NCBI RefSeq assembly: GCF_006345805.1
Contig: NC_042997.1
Span: forward strand, 123,814,001 to 123,878,000
Direction: 5' to 3'
DNA: 64,000 nucleotides
Source: Octopus sinensis
Lineage: Eukaryota
Shown here: positions 1 through 12,440 of the stretch, one piece after another
How the letters are laid out: each line of letters begins with the position of its first letter
Position numbering within the stretch: the stretch's first letter is position 1
The notes under the pieces: model-generated
Databases searched by the model: none
Seen by the model: only the letters and a program-made list of their open reading frames with translations
Told to the model about the DNA's origin: nothing
Program-made: the position numbers and the translations under genes

Positions 1-309
1 CACTCTTCTTGAACCATCTTTTTTTCTCTTACCATTCCCCCTCTTAATACTGCCAGTCCGTTTCTTAATACAGCTAGCTGTCCACATTTGATATTTCCAT
101 CTTTAAACTTCTCTGCATTAAAATTTGTACGCTGAATAATTGGACCTATTAATATAAATATATATATTTATACATAATCTGAATGCTTCTACACTTTGCT
201 TCCTCACGCTTTGCAGGTATTCATGTATACATATTTTGTATTTGATGTATTTAATGCTTAATATATTTGCTGCGTCTAATTTGTTTATCTACCTAATTGC
301 CTCTATATA

Positions 310-546
310 AGTATGTAAGTATGTATGTATGTATGTATGTATGTATGTATGTATGTATGTATGTATGTATGTATGTATGTCTGTATGTATGTATGTATGT
401 ATGTACGTACGTACGTACGTATTTATGTATAGATGTATGTAATATATGCATGTGTGAGTGTGTGTATAAATATACATAGAAATAGACAGGTAGAGATGTA
501 GATGGATAGAGAGATTGACCGACAGACAGACAGACAGACAGATAGG

Positions 547-586
<40 letters not shown>

Positions 587-630
587 GATAGATAGATAGT
601 TAAATAGATAGGTAGAAAGATAAATAGATA
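310..630. repeat. Compound (TATG)n, (GACA)n, (GA)n, (GATA)n microsatellites
   Basis: Direct reading. Confidence 0.95.
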
Positions 631-671
631 GATAATCAGTTCAGTGATAGTCAGGTTAAATGTAGGATGTA

Positions 672-835
672 TTCGTTTCTACTCTAGGCACAAGTTTCGA
701 AATTCTATGGGAAGAGGTGGCCAGTCGACTAGATCGACCCAGTGCGCAACTGGTACTTAATTTATCAACCCGGAAAGTCGACCTCGGTGGAATTTGAACT
801 CAGAACGTAAAGACAGATGAAAATGTAAGATATAT
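672..835 (-). mobile_element. SINE family B
   Basis: tttctactctaggcacaag...gatcgacccagtgcgcaactggtacttaatttatc...cctcggtggaatttgaactcagaacg. Confidence 0.85.
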
Positions 836-887
836 TGCTTTAGGTCATTTTATATGTATGCTTTAGACTGCGATAGGTTTTTGTGTA

Positions 888-892
<5 letters not shown>

Positions 893-955
<63 letters not shown>
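893..955. repeat. (GT)n microsatellite
   Basis: Direct reading. Confidence 0.95.
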
Positions 956-957
<2 letters not shown>

Positions 958-1114
958 CACAGCTCGATAAATAAGTGATGGAGAAAATATTGTGTCTGTA
1001 CAACTGAACATGATAAAACCATTGAATGTGTCGCTCAGTAGCGCTCAGTTCAGTGATATACACTGCCTCAGAATTTAAAGTTCAAAGCACAAAAAAGAAT
1101 GCAATGTTTATCGC

Positions 1115-1280
1115 TTTTGCACAAGGCTAACAATTTCCGACTGGTGGGTAAGTCGATTAAATCGACCCCTTGCTCAATTAGTACGTATGATTTCGACCCT
1201 GTGAGAACGAAAAGCAAAGTCGACCTCGACGAAGTTAGAACTCAGAATGTGAAGATGAATGAAAAACTGACAAGCATTTC
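1115..1280 (-). mobile_element. SINE family B, degenerate
   Basis: gtcgattaaatcgacccc...gcaaagtcgacctcgacgaagttagaactcagaatg. Confidence 0.75.
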
Positions 1281-1737
1281 ACCATCTACAAATTATCGAA
1301 GACAAAAATAACCATATGGAACTTTCCAAAAGTCATCACAAGAAATAACAAGGAAGGAAAAGGTGAAGAGGACACTATAAACAAAAAATAGCATAAAAGA
1401 CTGAAAACGAATACAGTGTTGCCAAGATAGGAAACAAAGGCCACGGAAATAACAATCAATTACTGTTAGCGAGAGTTCTTCTACAACATACATTCATAAA
1501 TACATACATCTTATATATATATATATGTGTGTGTGTGTGGGAAAGTATGTGTAAATATAGATGCTTGTACGTATCCTCATATATATATGTGTGTGTGGTG
1601 TGTATACATACACACATATAAGTTCAAATTTGTGCATGAATTGTGCATCAAAGCGAATGATTTTTCTCCTTTAAAAATGGTTTATCCTGTAACTGGTATA
1701 TCATACACAAATTTATATATATATATATATCATATTG

Positions 1738-1902
1738 CCGCAGGAGTGTCTGTGTGGTAAGGAGCTTGCTTCCCAACCACATGAATCCAAGTTCAGTTCT
1801 TCTGCGTGCCAGTTTCGGGCGTGTGTCTTCTACTATACCCTCGGGCCGACCAAATCCTTGTCAGTGGATTTGGTAGGGGAGAAGTGAAAGGAACACGTCG
1901 TG
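1738..1902 (+). mobile_element. SINE family A, solo 5' half ending at (TA)n
   Basis: gcaggagtgtctgtgtggtaaggagcttgcttcccaaccacatg...gggccgaccaaatccttgtcagtggatttggtag. Confidence 0.85.
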
Positions 1903-1906
1903 TATA

Positions 1907-1962
<56 letters not shown>

Positions 1963-2734
1963 TATATATATATGCAATTTGACAGATTCTATACAGTTGT
2001 AGCACATGTTACAATCGATCATTTCGCTCTTTGTTATGACTTTGTACGAGGGTACAAAACCTACAGATGGTTCTAACGAAATATTTTTTCATACAACAGC
2101 TTCGTGAAAGACTAAATAAATTGATGTGCTGGACCTGGTGATATATATGACTATGTAAAAATGATGTTTATATTGTGATAAATATGGAATGAATTCAATA
2201 TTGGCACGGTGTTGTGCAAACATCTCACCACTTCTACTGATAAATATTATATGACTCTTACGATGCAACAGTAAAAGTAAAATTGCACAATTAATGTACC
2301 TTTCTGCACGCAATCAAGCATTGCACTAATAGAAAGACATCGTTCTAGAAACAGGAATGATGCGGAAGTACATAAGCCAGTGTATGACGTGTTCCGTTCA
2401 GGGAAAAGCAAGTCCTGCTGCTACATGCGAACTTAATCTGTGACAATCGCATAACGCATGTCAAGTAACTTGATTTCATAATATGTCCATTGTATAGCCG
2501 TCAAGATACGTCAGGCCGGTAAATGTTGGTCTATCTTGGATTAAAATATCAATATATGAATTGGAGGTGACTGCAACCAGCCACATGTTTAAATAGACTG
2601 AAAACTATGTGCGGTAAATGCATAGGCAAATGAATTTCATAAAAGTATATGTGGAATACAATTAAGATTTGGCAAGTCGATGACGACTCTCTTGACATGT
2701 CTAAAACTCATATACAGATATATTTTTTCATTCC

Positions 2735-3360
2735 TTTAGTCTTTTATTCGTTTCAATCAGTTCAATGTGGCTATGCTGGAGTATTGCATTTAGTCGAACA
2801 AATCGATGCCGGGACTTATTCTTTTAAGCCTAGTACTTATTCTTTTGAGATCTTTTCCCGAACCACGGGGACGTAAACGCACGGACATATGTTACCAAGT
2901 GATGCTAGGGAGACATACACATGCACACAAATATATACATACATTCTATATATACTCTTTACTCTTTTACTTGTTTCAGTTATTTGACTGTGGCCATGCT
3001 GGAGCACCACCTTTAGTCGAGCAAATCGACCCCAGGACTTTTTCTTTGTAAGCCTAGTACTTATTCTCTCGGTATTTTTTTCGCTGCCTAAATATCGCCG
3101 GCTATCTTCTCCAATGCACAACACAATGACGCACGCGTGCACTGACAACAAAGACTCATGGGAAGTAAGCAAGCTACTTACCACACAGCCACTCCTAGAT
3201 GGACTTATTTCACTTTCAGTCTACCAGACCCACTCACCAGTCTCTGGTCAGCCTGAAGCTATAGCCCAAGACACATACCCAAGGTGTCACGCAGTGGGAC
3301 TGAATCCAGAACCATGTGGTTGGGAAGAAAGCTTCTTATCACACATCCAAGTTTGCGCCT
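2735..3360 (-). mobile_element. Cluster of SINE family A fragments (two 3' tails, two heads)
   Basis: Reverse-strand tails at about 2735-2910 and 2955-3080; heads at about 3160-3197 and 3205-3358. Confidence 0.8.
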
Positions 3361-4253
3361 ATATATCTACTACATACAAGAATATAAAGCGAGCAATGTG
3401 AAACATCTATTCACACACACAAGCTGATTTAGCGTACACACACACATATATACACACGTTTACACACACACACACATATACACACGCTTATACACAAATA
3501 CAAACATACACATACACATATGCTTGTAATCTATTAGTGTATGAGTGAGCGTGTTCGTGCGCATATGTGTGTGTATGAATCTACACAAACGTATATTCAC
3601 GCATGCCTACGTACACACACAGACGACCGCACCCGCACATTATCGCAGAAGCTCTTTAGCGGTAGACAGTACATACATGCCGTTCACTAATTTCTGTTTT
3701 ATGAAGCTGATACTATAAAACAAACTCACCCACCAAACGATATTTCTGTTTACATTGATGAAACAATTACACTAAATAAATTTCTTATTGTTCTTCATAT
3801 TGTTATTACTGTTGATGATAATGATTTAGATGATTAGGACGATTGCGATTAAACTAGGTTATATTTGTTCAGTTTTGTTATTGATGTTCTTGTAGTTGTT
3901 ACTGCTACATATACTATTGCCGTTGTTGTACGAACACAATTCTAGTCATTAATCCCAATCGGATAATTTTGCTCGTTTTTAGCTTGAGTGTTTTCAAGTG
4001 AAAATAAATGAAACAGATATGGATATTTGTGGGAATACACATTTGGAAAGTCGCTCATTGTGAAATTTAATCATAGCATTGATTAATTATATTTCCAAAC
4101 ATGAAAAGAACGCAATTTTCTGATCTAATGAGCATTGTGTGAATATCTACGGCACATATATGTGTATACAACGCATATACATCTCGTTCTCTCTCACTTC
4201 ATATATATATATATATATATATAACATATATATATAGATATATATATATAATA

Positions 4254-4299
<46 letters not shown>

Positions 4300-4568
4300 C
4301 CTTCTGTTATGCATACACACACATGCACACACACGCATATATATATGTATACATGGATATATATATGTATATATAAACGCCCGTGGCCAGATGTATATTA
4401 GTTGATGTTATTTTATAACGTATATCTATACGTAACAATGTGCCTATTAAAACTGCAAAATAACTAAACAATTTGCGATTAGTTTTCTTTCTACATCTGT
4501 CTATTGTATATATTCACATGCTATTATTACAAATAAAATATATATGCCGACAGACACGTATATAATTA

Positions 4569-4619
<51 letters not shown>

Positions 4620-5387
4620 GTCCACACACACATATTATCATAAATACAAGAGCATACAATGTATGGAAATATATATGCCAAAGTATATATAGACATGTGC
4701 AGACAATATTTTTAACATTTATATGTATATTTATATATTGTCATAGATACAAGAGCATACATAAGTATGGAAATATATATGCCGAAGTATATATAGACAT
4801 ATGTATATAATATTTGCAATATATATGTGTGTGTGTATAGATATATTCTTTTGTTCTATTATTTCTTTCAGTCATTTGACTGCGGCCATCCTGGAGCACC
4901 GCCTTTTGTCGAATAAGTCGACATATACATATGCTTTTGCCTGTCTCTTCTCAAAGCTCGTTTTTTCAGCGTCCACCACTTCCCCTCGTTATGGTTTAAC
5001 AGCCCTCACCGTTTATTTTTAGTATTATGTTCTTACTGTCCTTTTTTTTTAACACCTAAACCCTACGCAAAGAAACCCAAATTTTATTTAATTTCCTTTG
5101 CGGGAAGGACTGTTTTAACGAAATCGCGTCTTGTCCCTACTTTCTAAACGCGGAGTCGTTAAAACAGGGGACAACTATTGAAGGGAATGTTCTTTATGTT
5201 GCCTGTCTCGTTTCTCTATTTCTTTCTTTCGTTGTTGCAAAAAAAGTTCGTTTTCCAAGCTTTTGCTTTTTGTACTCGTTTCTCTCTTTGACGTCCTGTA
5301 CCCATATATGCATGTATATATACATATATATAGGCATGTACATGTATGTGTGTATATATGCATATATATATTATTTATATTACTATA

Positions 5388-5431
<44 letters not shown>

Positions 5432-5496
5432 GGTGTCCCAGCATGGCCACAGCTCGTGAGCTCGTGAGCTGAAACTAGAATCAATCAATCAATCAT

Positions 5497-5665
5497 ACAC
5501 ACACGAAGGGCTTCTTTGTATTTCCGTCTACCAAATCCACCCACAAGGCTTGATCGGCAAGAGTCTATAGTACAAGACACTTCCCCAAGGTGCCATGCTG
5601 TGGGACTGAACCCCGAGGTATGTGGTTGGTAAGCAAGCTACGTACCACACCGCCGATTCTGCACC
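5497..5665 (-). mobile_element. SINE family A, solo 5' half
   Basis: gggcttctttgtatttccgtctaccaaatccacccacaagg...gggactgaacccc...gcaagctacgtaccacac. Confidence 0.85.
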
Positions 5666-6094
5666 TTGTATAATATTTTTTCTAAATATGTGTGTGTGTG
5701 TGTGTGTGTAAACATAGACATATAAAGTATGATAAGTAAATTTATAAATACAGATATTCAGTTACAATTCAATAGCACAGAAACATCGTTTATATTTTCT
5801 CTCATTTCTCTGTCACTCTTGCTTAAAAATATATATTTCCATTTGTCAAACTTTCATATTGACTACAGCTTTTTCTTTCGATTTTTCCTCGTAATTTATA
5901 TATTTATATACTTATTGTTTTTCTCTTCAATGCCAGGAAATTCTGATTCAGCATACCATATACAGAAACCCTCACACACACATCTCTTTCGTTTTGATAT
6001 CTTCTCTCTCCTCTCTCTTCATCATATATATTGATAGAAATACGTACATAAATACATATAGATATTGGTGTGTGTACACACACACTCACACACA

Positions 6095-6385
<291 letters not shown>

Positions 6386-6865
6386 CACCCGACGAACGGG
6401 AACGTGAAACTCTGAGTAACAGCTTTTGTTATATTTCTGCTACTTTTAAATAAAATATATATATATAATTATGTGTGTGTGAGTGTTTCTTCGTATCTGA
6501 CTCCATATTGAGAATGTTTGGCGTTTCGTAGGATTTATCTAAGAATTTGTTATGTCTATTAGGATTGTTGTTGGTGCATATAATCAGGACATATTTTAAT
6601 ACAAATGAAAATTGTGTCTGATGGTGGGAAGACTACAGTTACGTAGCGTCCTCCCTATTTCAGAACATTAGAGCTCGAAACTCGTGATATTGTCATTCCT
6701 TCCGTTATTGAACTGCAAGATAGAAATAGTGCATGAAAGGTGTCAAACTGATAAGTCTAGGCAGGCCTAAATTTATTATAGTCACTCACGTCCTCCAGAA
6801 TCTTCAAGCATTGCGTCAGTGGCCTTTTACATCAACACGAGGTGTTCAGCTAATATTGGAATATA

Positions 6866-7460
6866 GGGACGGCGAGTTACCTGAAACGTTAGAACGCCGG
6901 GCGAAATGCTTATCTGTATTTCGCGTCTCTACGTTATGATTTTGCCTTTCATCCTTTCGGGGTCGATAAATTAAGTACCAGTTGCGTACGGGGGTCGATC
7001 TAATCGACTCGCCCCCTCCCAAAAAATGTCGGGCCTTGTTCCTAGAGTAGAAAAGAATAAAGAGGTGGTGAGTTGTCAGAAACGTTAGCACGCCGGGCGA
7101 AATGCTTAGCGGAATTTCGTCTGCCGTTACGTTCTGAGTTCAAATTCCGCCGAGGTCGACTTTGCCTTTCATCCTTTCGGGGTCGATTAAATAAGTACCA
7201 GTTACGCACTGGGGTCGATGTAATCGACTTCATCTGTTTGTCTGTCCTTGTTTGTCCCTCTGTGTGTAGCCCCTTGTGGGCAGTAAAGAATTAGGTATTT
7301 CGTATGCCGCTACGTTCTGAGTTCAAATTCCGCCAAGGTCGACTTTGCCTTTCATCCTTTCGAGCTCTATAAATTAAGTACCAGTTGAGTACCGTGGTCG
7401 ATTTAATGGACTAGTACCCTCCCCCAAAATTTCGGGTCTTGTGCCTTGGTAGAAAAGAAT
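6866..7460 (+). mobile_element. Three tandem units of SINE family B
   Basis: Core ctacgttctgagttcaaattccgccgaggtcgactttgcctttcatcctttcggggtcga repeated at about 6866-7058, 7062-7290 and 7295-7460, with two different tail types. Confidence 0.88.
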
Positions 7461-7630
7461 ATTTCACTTAGCCGTACTCAAGATTTTCTGCTATATTTCA
7501 TTTCAAGGCACGAATTTATATTACAAAATACTTTGAAAGGTTTTCACCTTATGGTATTGCAACCGTAAACAACTTATTGTAAAACAAACTTAAATATTCT
7601 ACATGTATCTCATTATAATTCTTAATATTA

Positions 7631-7859
7631 TTAACCCAAAAACAAGTAAAGTAGCCATATATCACCCTTAAAATTCTAGTTGTCTTGTTTTCAAATCGGC
7701 CACATCCTGGATCTCACAGTTTCCTTAATATATTACTCTACAAATTAACAGCCACATTGGCGCAATCTCGAAGCTAGGAGATAATGCGCAATAAATTTAA
7801 AACAATGTAAATGAATAAGCATTACATTTGGCAGAGTAATCTGAATTCTAAAGTGTTAA
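7631..7859. mobile_element. TTAA-bounded MITE-like repeat, copy 1
   Basis: Starts TTAACCC and ends AAAGTGTTAA; internal similarity (aaatctcga.gcta.gagataat; atctgaat...aaagtgtta) to 25643-25825. Confidence 0.6.
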
Positions 7860-8239
7860 TTATCCCGTAGGCGGTAGATTATAAGAAACACTAAATCATC
7901 GGAAGAAGCCTGAAGATATTTCTTCCAGTCATTTACATTCTAAAGGAAAACTCAGCCGAAGTATACTTTGCATTTTCTTTCTTCCGAGCTCATTAAAATA
8001 AGTTACTAGTCTCGTAATAGAGCTGATATAATTTACTAAATCCTATGCTCTGGATTTTGGTGGCCGACTGCTTAAATATGAAGAAATATCACATGATTTC
8101 CTCAGAGTGTTTCCGCTTTGGCGCACATCTTTTCATTAAAATAAAATATATTAGTATATAGTCTAATATTGAAAACATCTATATTATTATATGAAATCTA
8201 TAATCATTATGTTTCAAAAAAGTATATATTAAGTAGAAC

Positions 8240-8360
8240 TTTTTGGGTTGCAGACGTGGTTATGTTAAGAATGTGGTTCCGGGTTCAGTTCCATTGCGTG
8301 GCACCTTGGGCAAAGTGGAAACTTAGATGGAGACTAAGAGAGACCCGTCTCATATATATA

Positions 8361-8416
<56 letters not shown>

Positions 8417-8622
8417 GTATGCATGTGTGTATATATGTTTGTGTGTCTGTGGTTGCCTCCCCCCACGACTTCTCTTGACAACCGATGGTGTTGTGTTTAC
8501 GTCTCTGTAACTTAGCAGTTCGGCAAAAATGACAGACAGAATAAGTTCTAGGGTCGATTTCCTCGACTAAAGTCGGTGCTGCTGTATGGCAGCAGTCAAA
8601 TGACTGAAACAAGTAAAAGAGT
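8240..8622 (+). mobile_element. SINE family A, degenerate full-length copy
   Basis: ggttccgggttcagttccattgcgtggcaccttgggcaa, central (TA)n, tail cggtgctgctgtatggcagcagtcaaatgactgaaacaagtaaaagagt. Confidence 0.85.
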
Positions 8623-8631
8623 AAAAAAAGA

Positions 8632-8667
<36 letters not shown>

Positions 8668-8739
8668 TATGTATATGTGAGAGGGTGAGTGTAAGTGTGT
8701 GTTTGCGTGGGTGAGTGCGGGTGAGTAAACCTTTGCGTC

Positions 8740-8928
8740 TGTGTTTCTCCTTCCACGATCATTTGACACTCAGTGTTCGCGTATTTACATGCCCATACCT
8801 TAGCGGTTCCGCTAAATAACTGATAGAACAAGAACCACGCTTTAAAGAATTAGTTCCACTAAAATGCTTCAAGGCGGTACTGCAGCATAGCCGTAGACTA
8901 GTGACTCGATCCAGTAAAAGACTAAAGA
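8740..8928 (+). mobile_element. SINE family A, solo 3' half
   Basis: ttgacactcagtgttcgcgtatttac...cttagcggttccgctaaa...ggcggtactgcagcatagcc. Confidence 0.7.
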
Positions 8929-9052
8929 AACATCTCTGTGTTTGTGTATGTGTGTGTGTTTATGTGCGCGTTCACATACTTATATAATTACACACATACA
9001 TGCATGCACACATACACACAGATATATACTTACAAAATCACACACACACACA

Positions 9053-9088
<36 letters not shown>

Positions 9089-9105
9089 TATATATATTAT
9101 ATATA

Positions 9106-9169
<64 letters not shown>

Positions 9170-9171
<2 letters not shown>

Positions 9172-9580
9172 ACGCTGAACTATTGACAAAACGACGCTTA
9201 GAAGTTCAAATTTATATCTGCAGTTATTAGTTCACAGGGATATCTGACACATTACCTAAGTGCCAATCTTGAGAAATTAGGCTTCTCAAAACCAGAATGG
9301 AGAAAGCCGATTCGAAGACTACAGATTCAACCCACTATAGGATCTATAAAATTCTGAAAAAAAGTCCAGAAAGTTTTCGTTGAAGTATATATATACGCAT
9401 GTTTAGCCATGCAATTATATACATGAAAATACATATATAGAATGAGACATACAAACCTGTACATGCACTGCCTCCAAATACTGAATATATACATCCATAC
9501 AAAAGTATCCGGTTGATGTTGTTGAATTTCTAACGACAGAACCTTGGATCTACGCTAGACGGCGGCTCTTTCACTATTGG
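9170..9580 (+). mobile_element. Degenerate 3' fragment of an RLE-type non-LTR retrotransposon
   Basis: YAELL followed by KFKFISAVISSQGYLTHYLSANLEKLGFSKPEWRKPIRRLQIQ resembles the RLE C-terminal IPVIIGALG region. It starts directly at a (TA)n tract. Confidence 0.45.
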
Positions 9581-10474
9581 CAACATATCTTGAAATAAAA
9601 CTGAATAATCACGTACATGCATACGTACGTATGCATGTATATATCCATATATTTCTGTGTAAGAATACGTGTCAATGAATGTGGATATGTCGATGTAGAG
9701 GTAGCATGCAGTACGGTTAAGAAGTTCGGTTTGTAAGCAGACTTCCTCAGTCTCGATCGCTCTATATGGCATGTTGCGCAAGTGTTACTTTCTAGATTCT
9801 CATGTCGATATACCTTGTAAGCGAAGCAGTGAATACAAAATATCCATAAAAACTAATAGCGTGAGTTTTCTTACTAAATCAGGAAAAAATTGAGTAAAGT
9901 TTAATCATGTCTGTTAAAAGTTCATCGATTCACGTCCAACTGAATTCTTATAGAAAAACAATGGGAAATCATCATATTCATGTATTTGTCTGGCGGGGTT
10001 GTATGAAAAAAAAATTAATGATGATTTCAAGGAAATCTGTCACTTCTAATTATTTTCTCTTCATTTTTTAAAAAAATTATTACTTAAGTTCATGTGATCC
10101 TCTCAAAGCTAATAGATTATTCAAGAAGTCACGAACCAGTATATCAGCTGTGGAATGAGGACCGTGTTATCAAAATAAACGTAAACATAGTCAATCGCAT
10201 TGTCCAAACTGTGAACTGGTAAAATTGTAAAAGCATCACCCGAAAATGCATTATTTCTTCAGGACGTTCTGTTTTTAATTCAGATCTTACTGAAATTCTC
10301 GTTGCCGTTCAACATTACTGGGCTTGAGTTAATTATATTGTACTTTCAGCTCAAAATGAATGCACATGTGCCTAAAATAGAGGCATCTATTATCAGGACT
10401 CGACAGAATCGTTACAGAGCCGGAATACCTGAATTACAGCATTTTTTCTTCTTCTTCTTCTTATTATTATTATT

Positions 10475-11027
10475 GAGTGAGATAGCAGTGCATGTCATCA
10501 AAGTGACACTGGGGTAAAATATACGAAGCCCGGTATACCCATCATGACTACCCCTCTGATAAGAGTACACCAGGCACATGCATCAAAACCATATGTGCGT
10601 GACATGGTGATCTCATATCAAGATAAACAGCGCATGACTTTCAGGTGGGGCCCAGTTAGAATTTTCCTCTGGTTGAGTAACCCATCCCGCTCAAAAGGTC
10701 CCTGAATAAGGGTTGTTTAAGGATGTTGAACGAAACACCCATGTTTCCAGAGGTGAACTATTCTAACCCCAAATACTCCCTCTCAACATATGTCTATTAT
10801 GCTCCCCCACTACTTCTGCTCATGATCAGAGATGCACATATCGTCAGCCACTAAGAGACATGGTCAACTGATTAAGGTCAAACAACTGACAAGCAAATCA
10901 GTGGTATTGAGCAGAATATTTGTTGTAGCCCATCTTTTATACCAAGAGAAAAATAATGTACGTGATAACACTTCCAATCAGTTAAGATCAGAAGCCATGA
11001 GAGTCACAGTCTGGTACTGCATCAGGG

Positions 11028-11029
<2 letters not shown>
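10475..11029. mobile_element. Unclassified non-coding interspersed element of about 555 bp between (TTA)n tracts
   Basis: GC-richer block with sharp boundaries against TTA repeats at both ends and no recognisable protein motif. Its repeat nature is inferred from context and recollection only. Confidence 0.5.
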
Positions 11030-11096
<67 letters not shown>

Positions 11097-11116
11097 TATT
11101 ATTATTAGTAGTATTA
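11030..11116. repeat. (TTA)n microsatellite
   Basis: Direct reading; a second tract lies at 11310-11383. Confidence 0.95.
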
Positions 11117-11309
11117 CTTTTTCTTTTCTTCTTTCAAATTTGCTTCCATTTCTTGCCGAGTGTCTTCCCGACTCCTAGGGCAAAGAAACTCATAGTATAT
11201 ATTGGTAGGCCATTAAACCAAACTCAATAGTTCGTTCATTTTTTTTTTTTTAAGTTAAATTAAAATACATGAGCAGCAACAGTTCTCACATCGACAATGC
11301 TCTTCTCAA

Positions 11310-11310
<1 letters not shown>
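11117..11310 (-). mobile_element. Extreme 5'-truncated 3' end (about 190 bp) of the same Dong family as 43948-47991
   Basis: Closely matches 43955-44162 (ttctttcaaatttgcttccatttcttgccgagtgtcttcccgactcct...ggtaggccattaaa...agttctcacatcgacaatgctcttctcaata). It keeps only the last codons, LRRALSM*, and is flanked by (TTA)n on both sides. Confidence 0.9.
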
Positions 11311-11365
<55 letters not shown>

Positions 11366-11459
11366 GTAATATTATTATTATTAGGTAAACGTTCAGATTT
11401 CAAAAACGCTCTAAGCGAATTGTGCCTTTCATCCACACGTGCTAAATGTAGTAACGTAT

Positions 11460-11625
11460 TCTTTTCTTCCTTAAGCACAAGGCCCAAAAAGTTTGGGGAG
11501 AGGGGGCCAGTCGACTGGATCGACTCCAGTATGCAACAGGTACTTAATTTATCGACCCCGAAAAGATGAAGTGCAAAGTCAACCTCGGCGGTATTTGAAC
11601 TCAGAACGGAAAGACAGACTAAATG
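11460..11625 (-). mobile_element. SINE family B
   Basis: gcacaaggccc...ggtacttaatttatcgaccccgaaaagatgaag...cctcggcggtatttgaactcagaacg. Confidence 0.85.
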
Positions 11626-11900
11626 TAGTAGCGTATTAAATATGATTCTAGTCAAGTACGTGTAACGATTTAATTGATCACTCTCTATCTCAAATAAAAA
11701 AAAACACGAAACACTGATAAGGCATGCGGGAGGAATGTTAAAAGAGTAGGAGAAAATGTTTTATGTTAATTATTTCGGATCTTTTCGTTCTGAAATTAAT
11801 GTCGTGGAATAAATACTCCCTCTTACACTGTTGGGAAAGTAAAGTACAGGTGTCTTGTACCTTCGGCTGAACTGACTTGTTGTAGCACTGCTGTTGATGC

Positions 11901-11964
11901 CTTCTTCTTCTTCTTCTTCTTCTTCTTCTTCTTCTTCTTCTTCTTCTTCTTCTTCTTCTTCTTC
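11901..11964. repeat. (CTT)n microsatellite
   Basis: Direct reading; explains the poly-E ORF 11770-11967. Confidence 0.95.
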
Positions 11965-12254
11965 CAATAAGGAATCACGTCATTAGCCTCAAAGAATAAT
12001 CTCTAACTCGAGCCTACTCTAAGCTCTAAGAATATGCGCGGGAACTTGAAGATCCACCAACCACACGCGATAGACTGGCGGTTGCACTGGCGCGAAAGCT
12101 ACGTTGTTATCCTCATTCGGTAAACAGTGGCTTTTAACGGGTGGAGAGCTGAACCATCCTGGGGTACAGAGGATTCGCAATCTAGACTAGGGTCTGAAAG
12201 TTTACCACACCATAGTGGCTTACACCATGGTTCCTCTGCTTTGTGGCAGAGGTA

Positions 12255-12440
12255 GGAAGAAAGAATGAGAGAAAGTTGTGGTGAAAGAGTACAGCGGGGT
12301 TCACCACCACCTCCCGCCGATGACTCGTGGAGCTTAGGTGTTTTTGCTCAATAAATACTCAAAATGCCCGGTCTGGGTATCGAAACCGCGTTCTTACGAC
12401 CGCGAGTCCGCTGCTCTAGCCACTGGGCCATTGCACCTCA
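12255..12440 (-). mobile_element. SINE family D, 5' part
   Basis: gagaaagttgtggtgaaagagtacagcgggg...tcgaaaccgcg...ccactgggccattgcacctc. Confidence 0.82.

Noticed and set aside
6866-7460. CRISPR-like or tRNA gene array
   Set aside because: The units are diverged SINE copies without unique equal-length spacers, and the tRNA-like heads do not form full cloverleaves.
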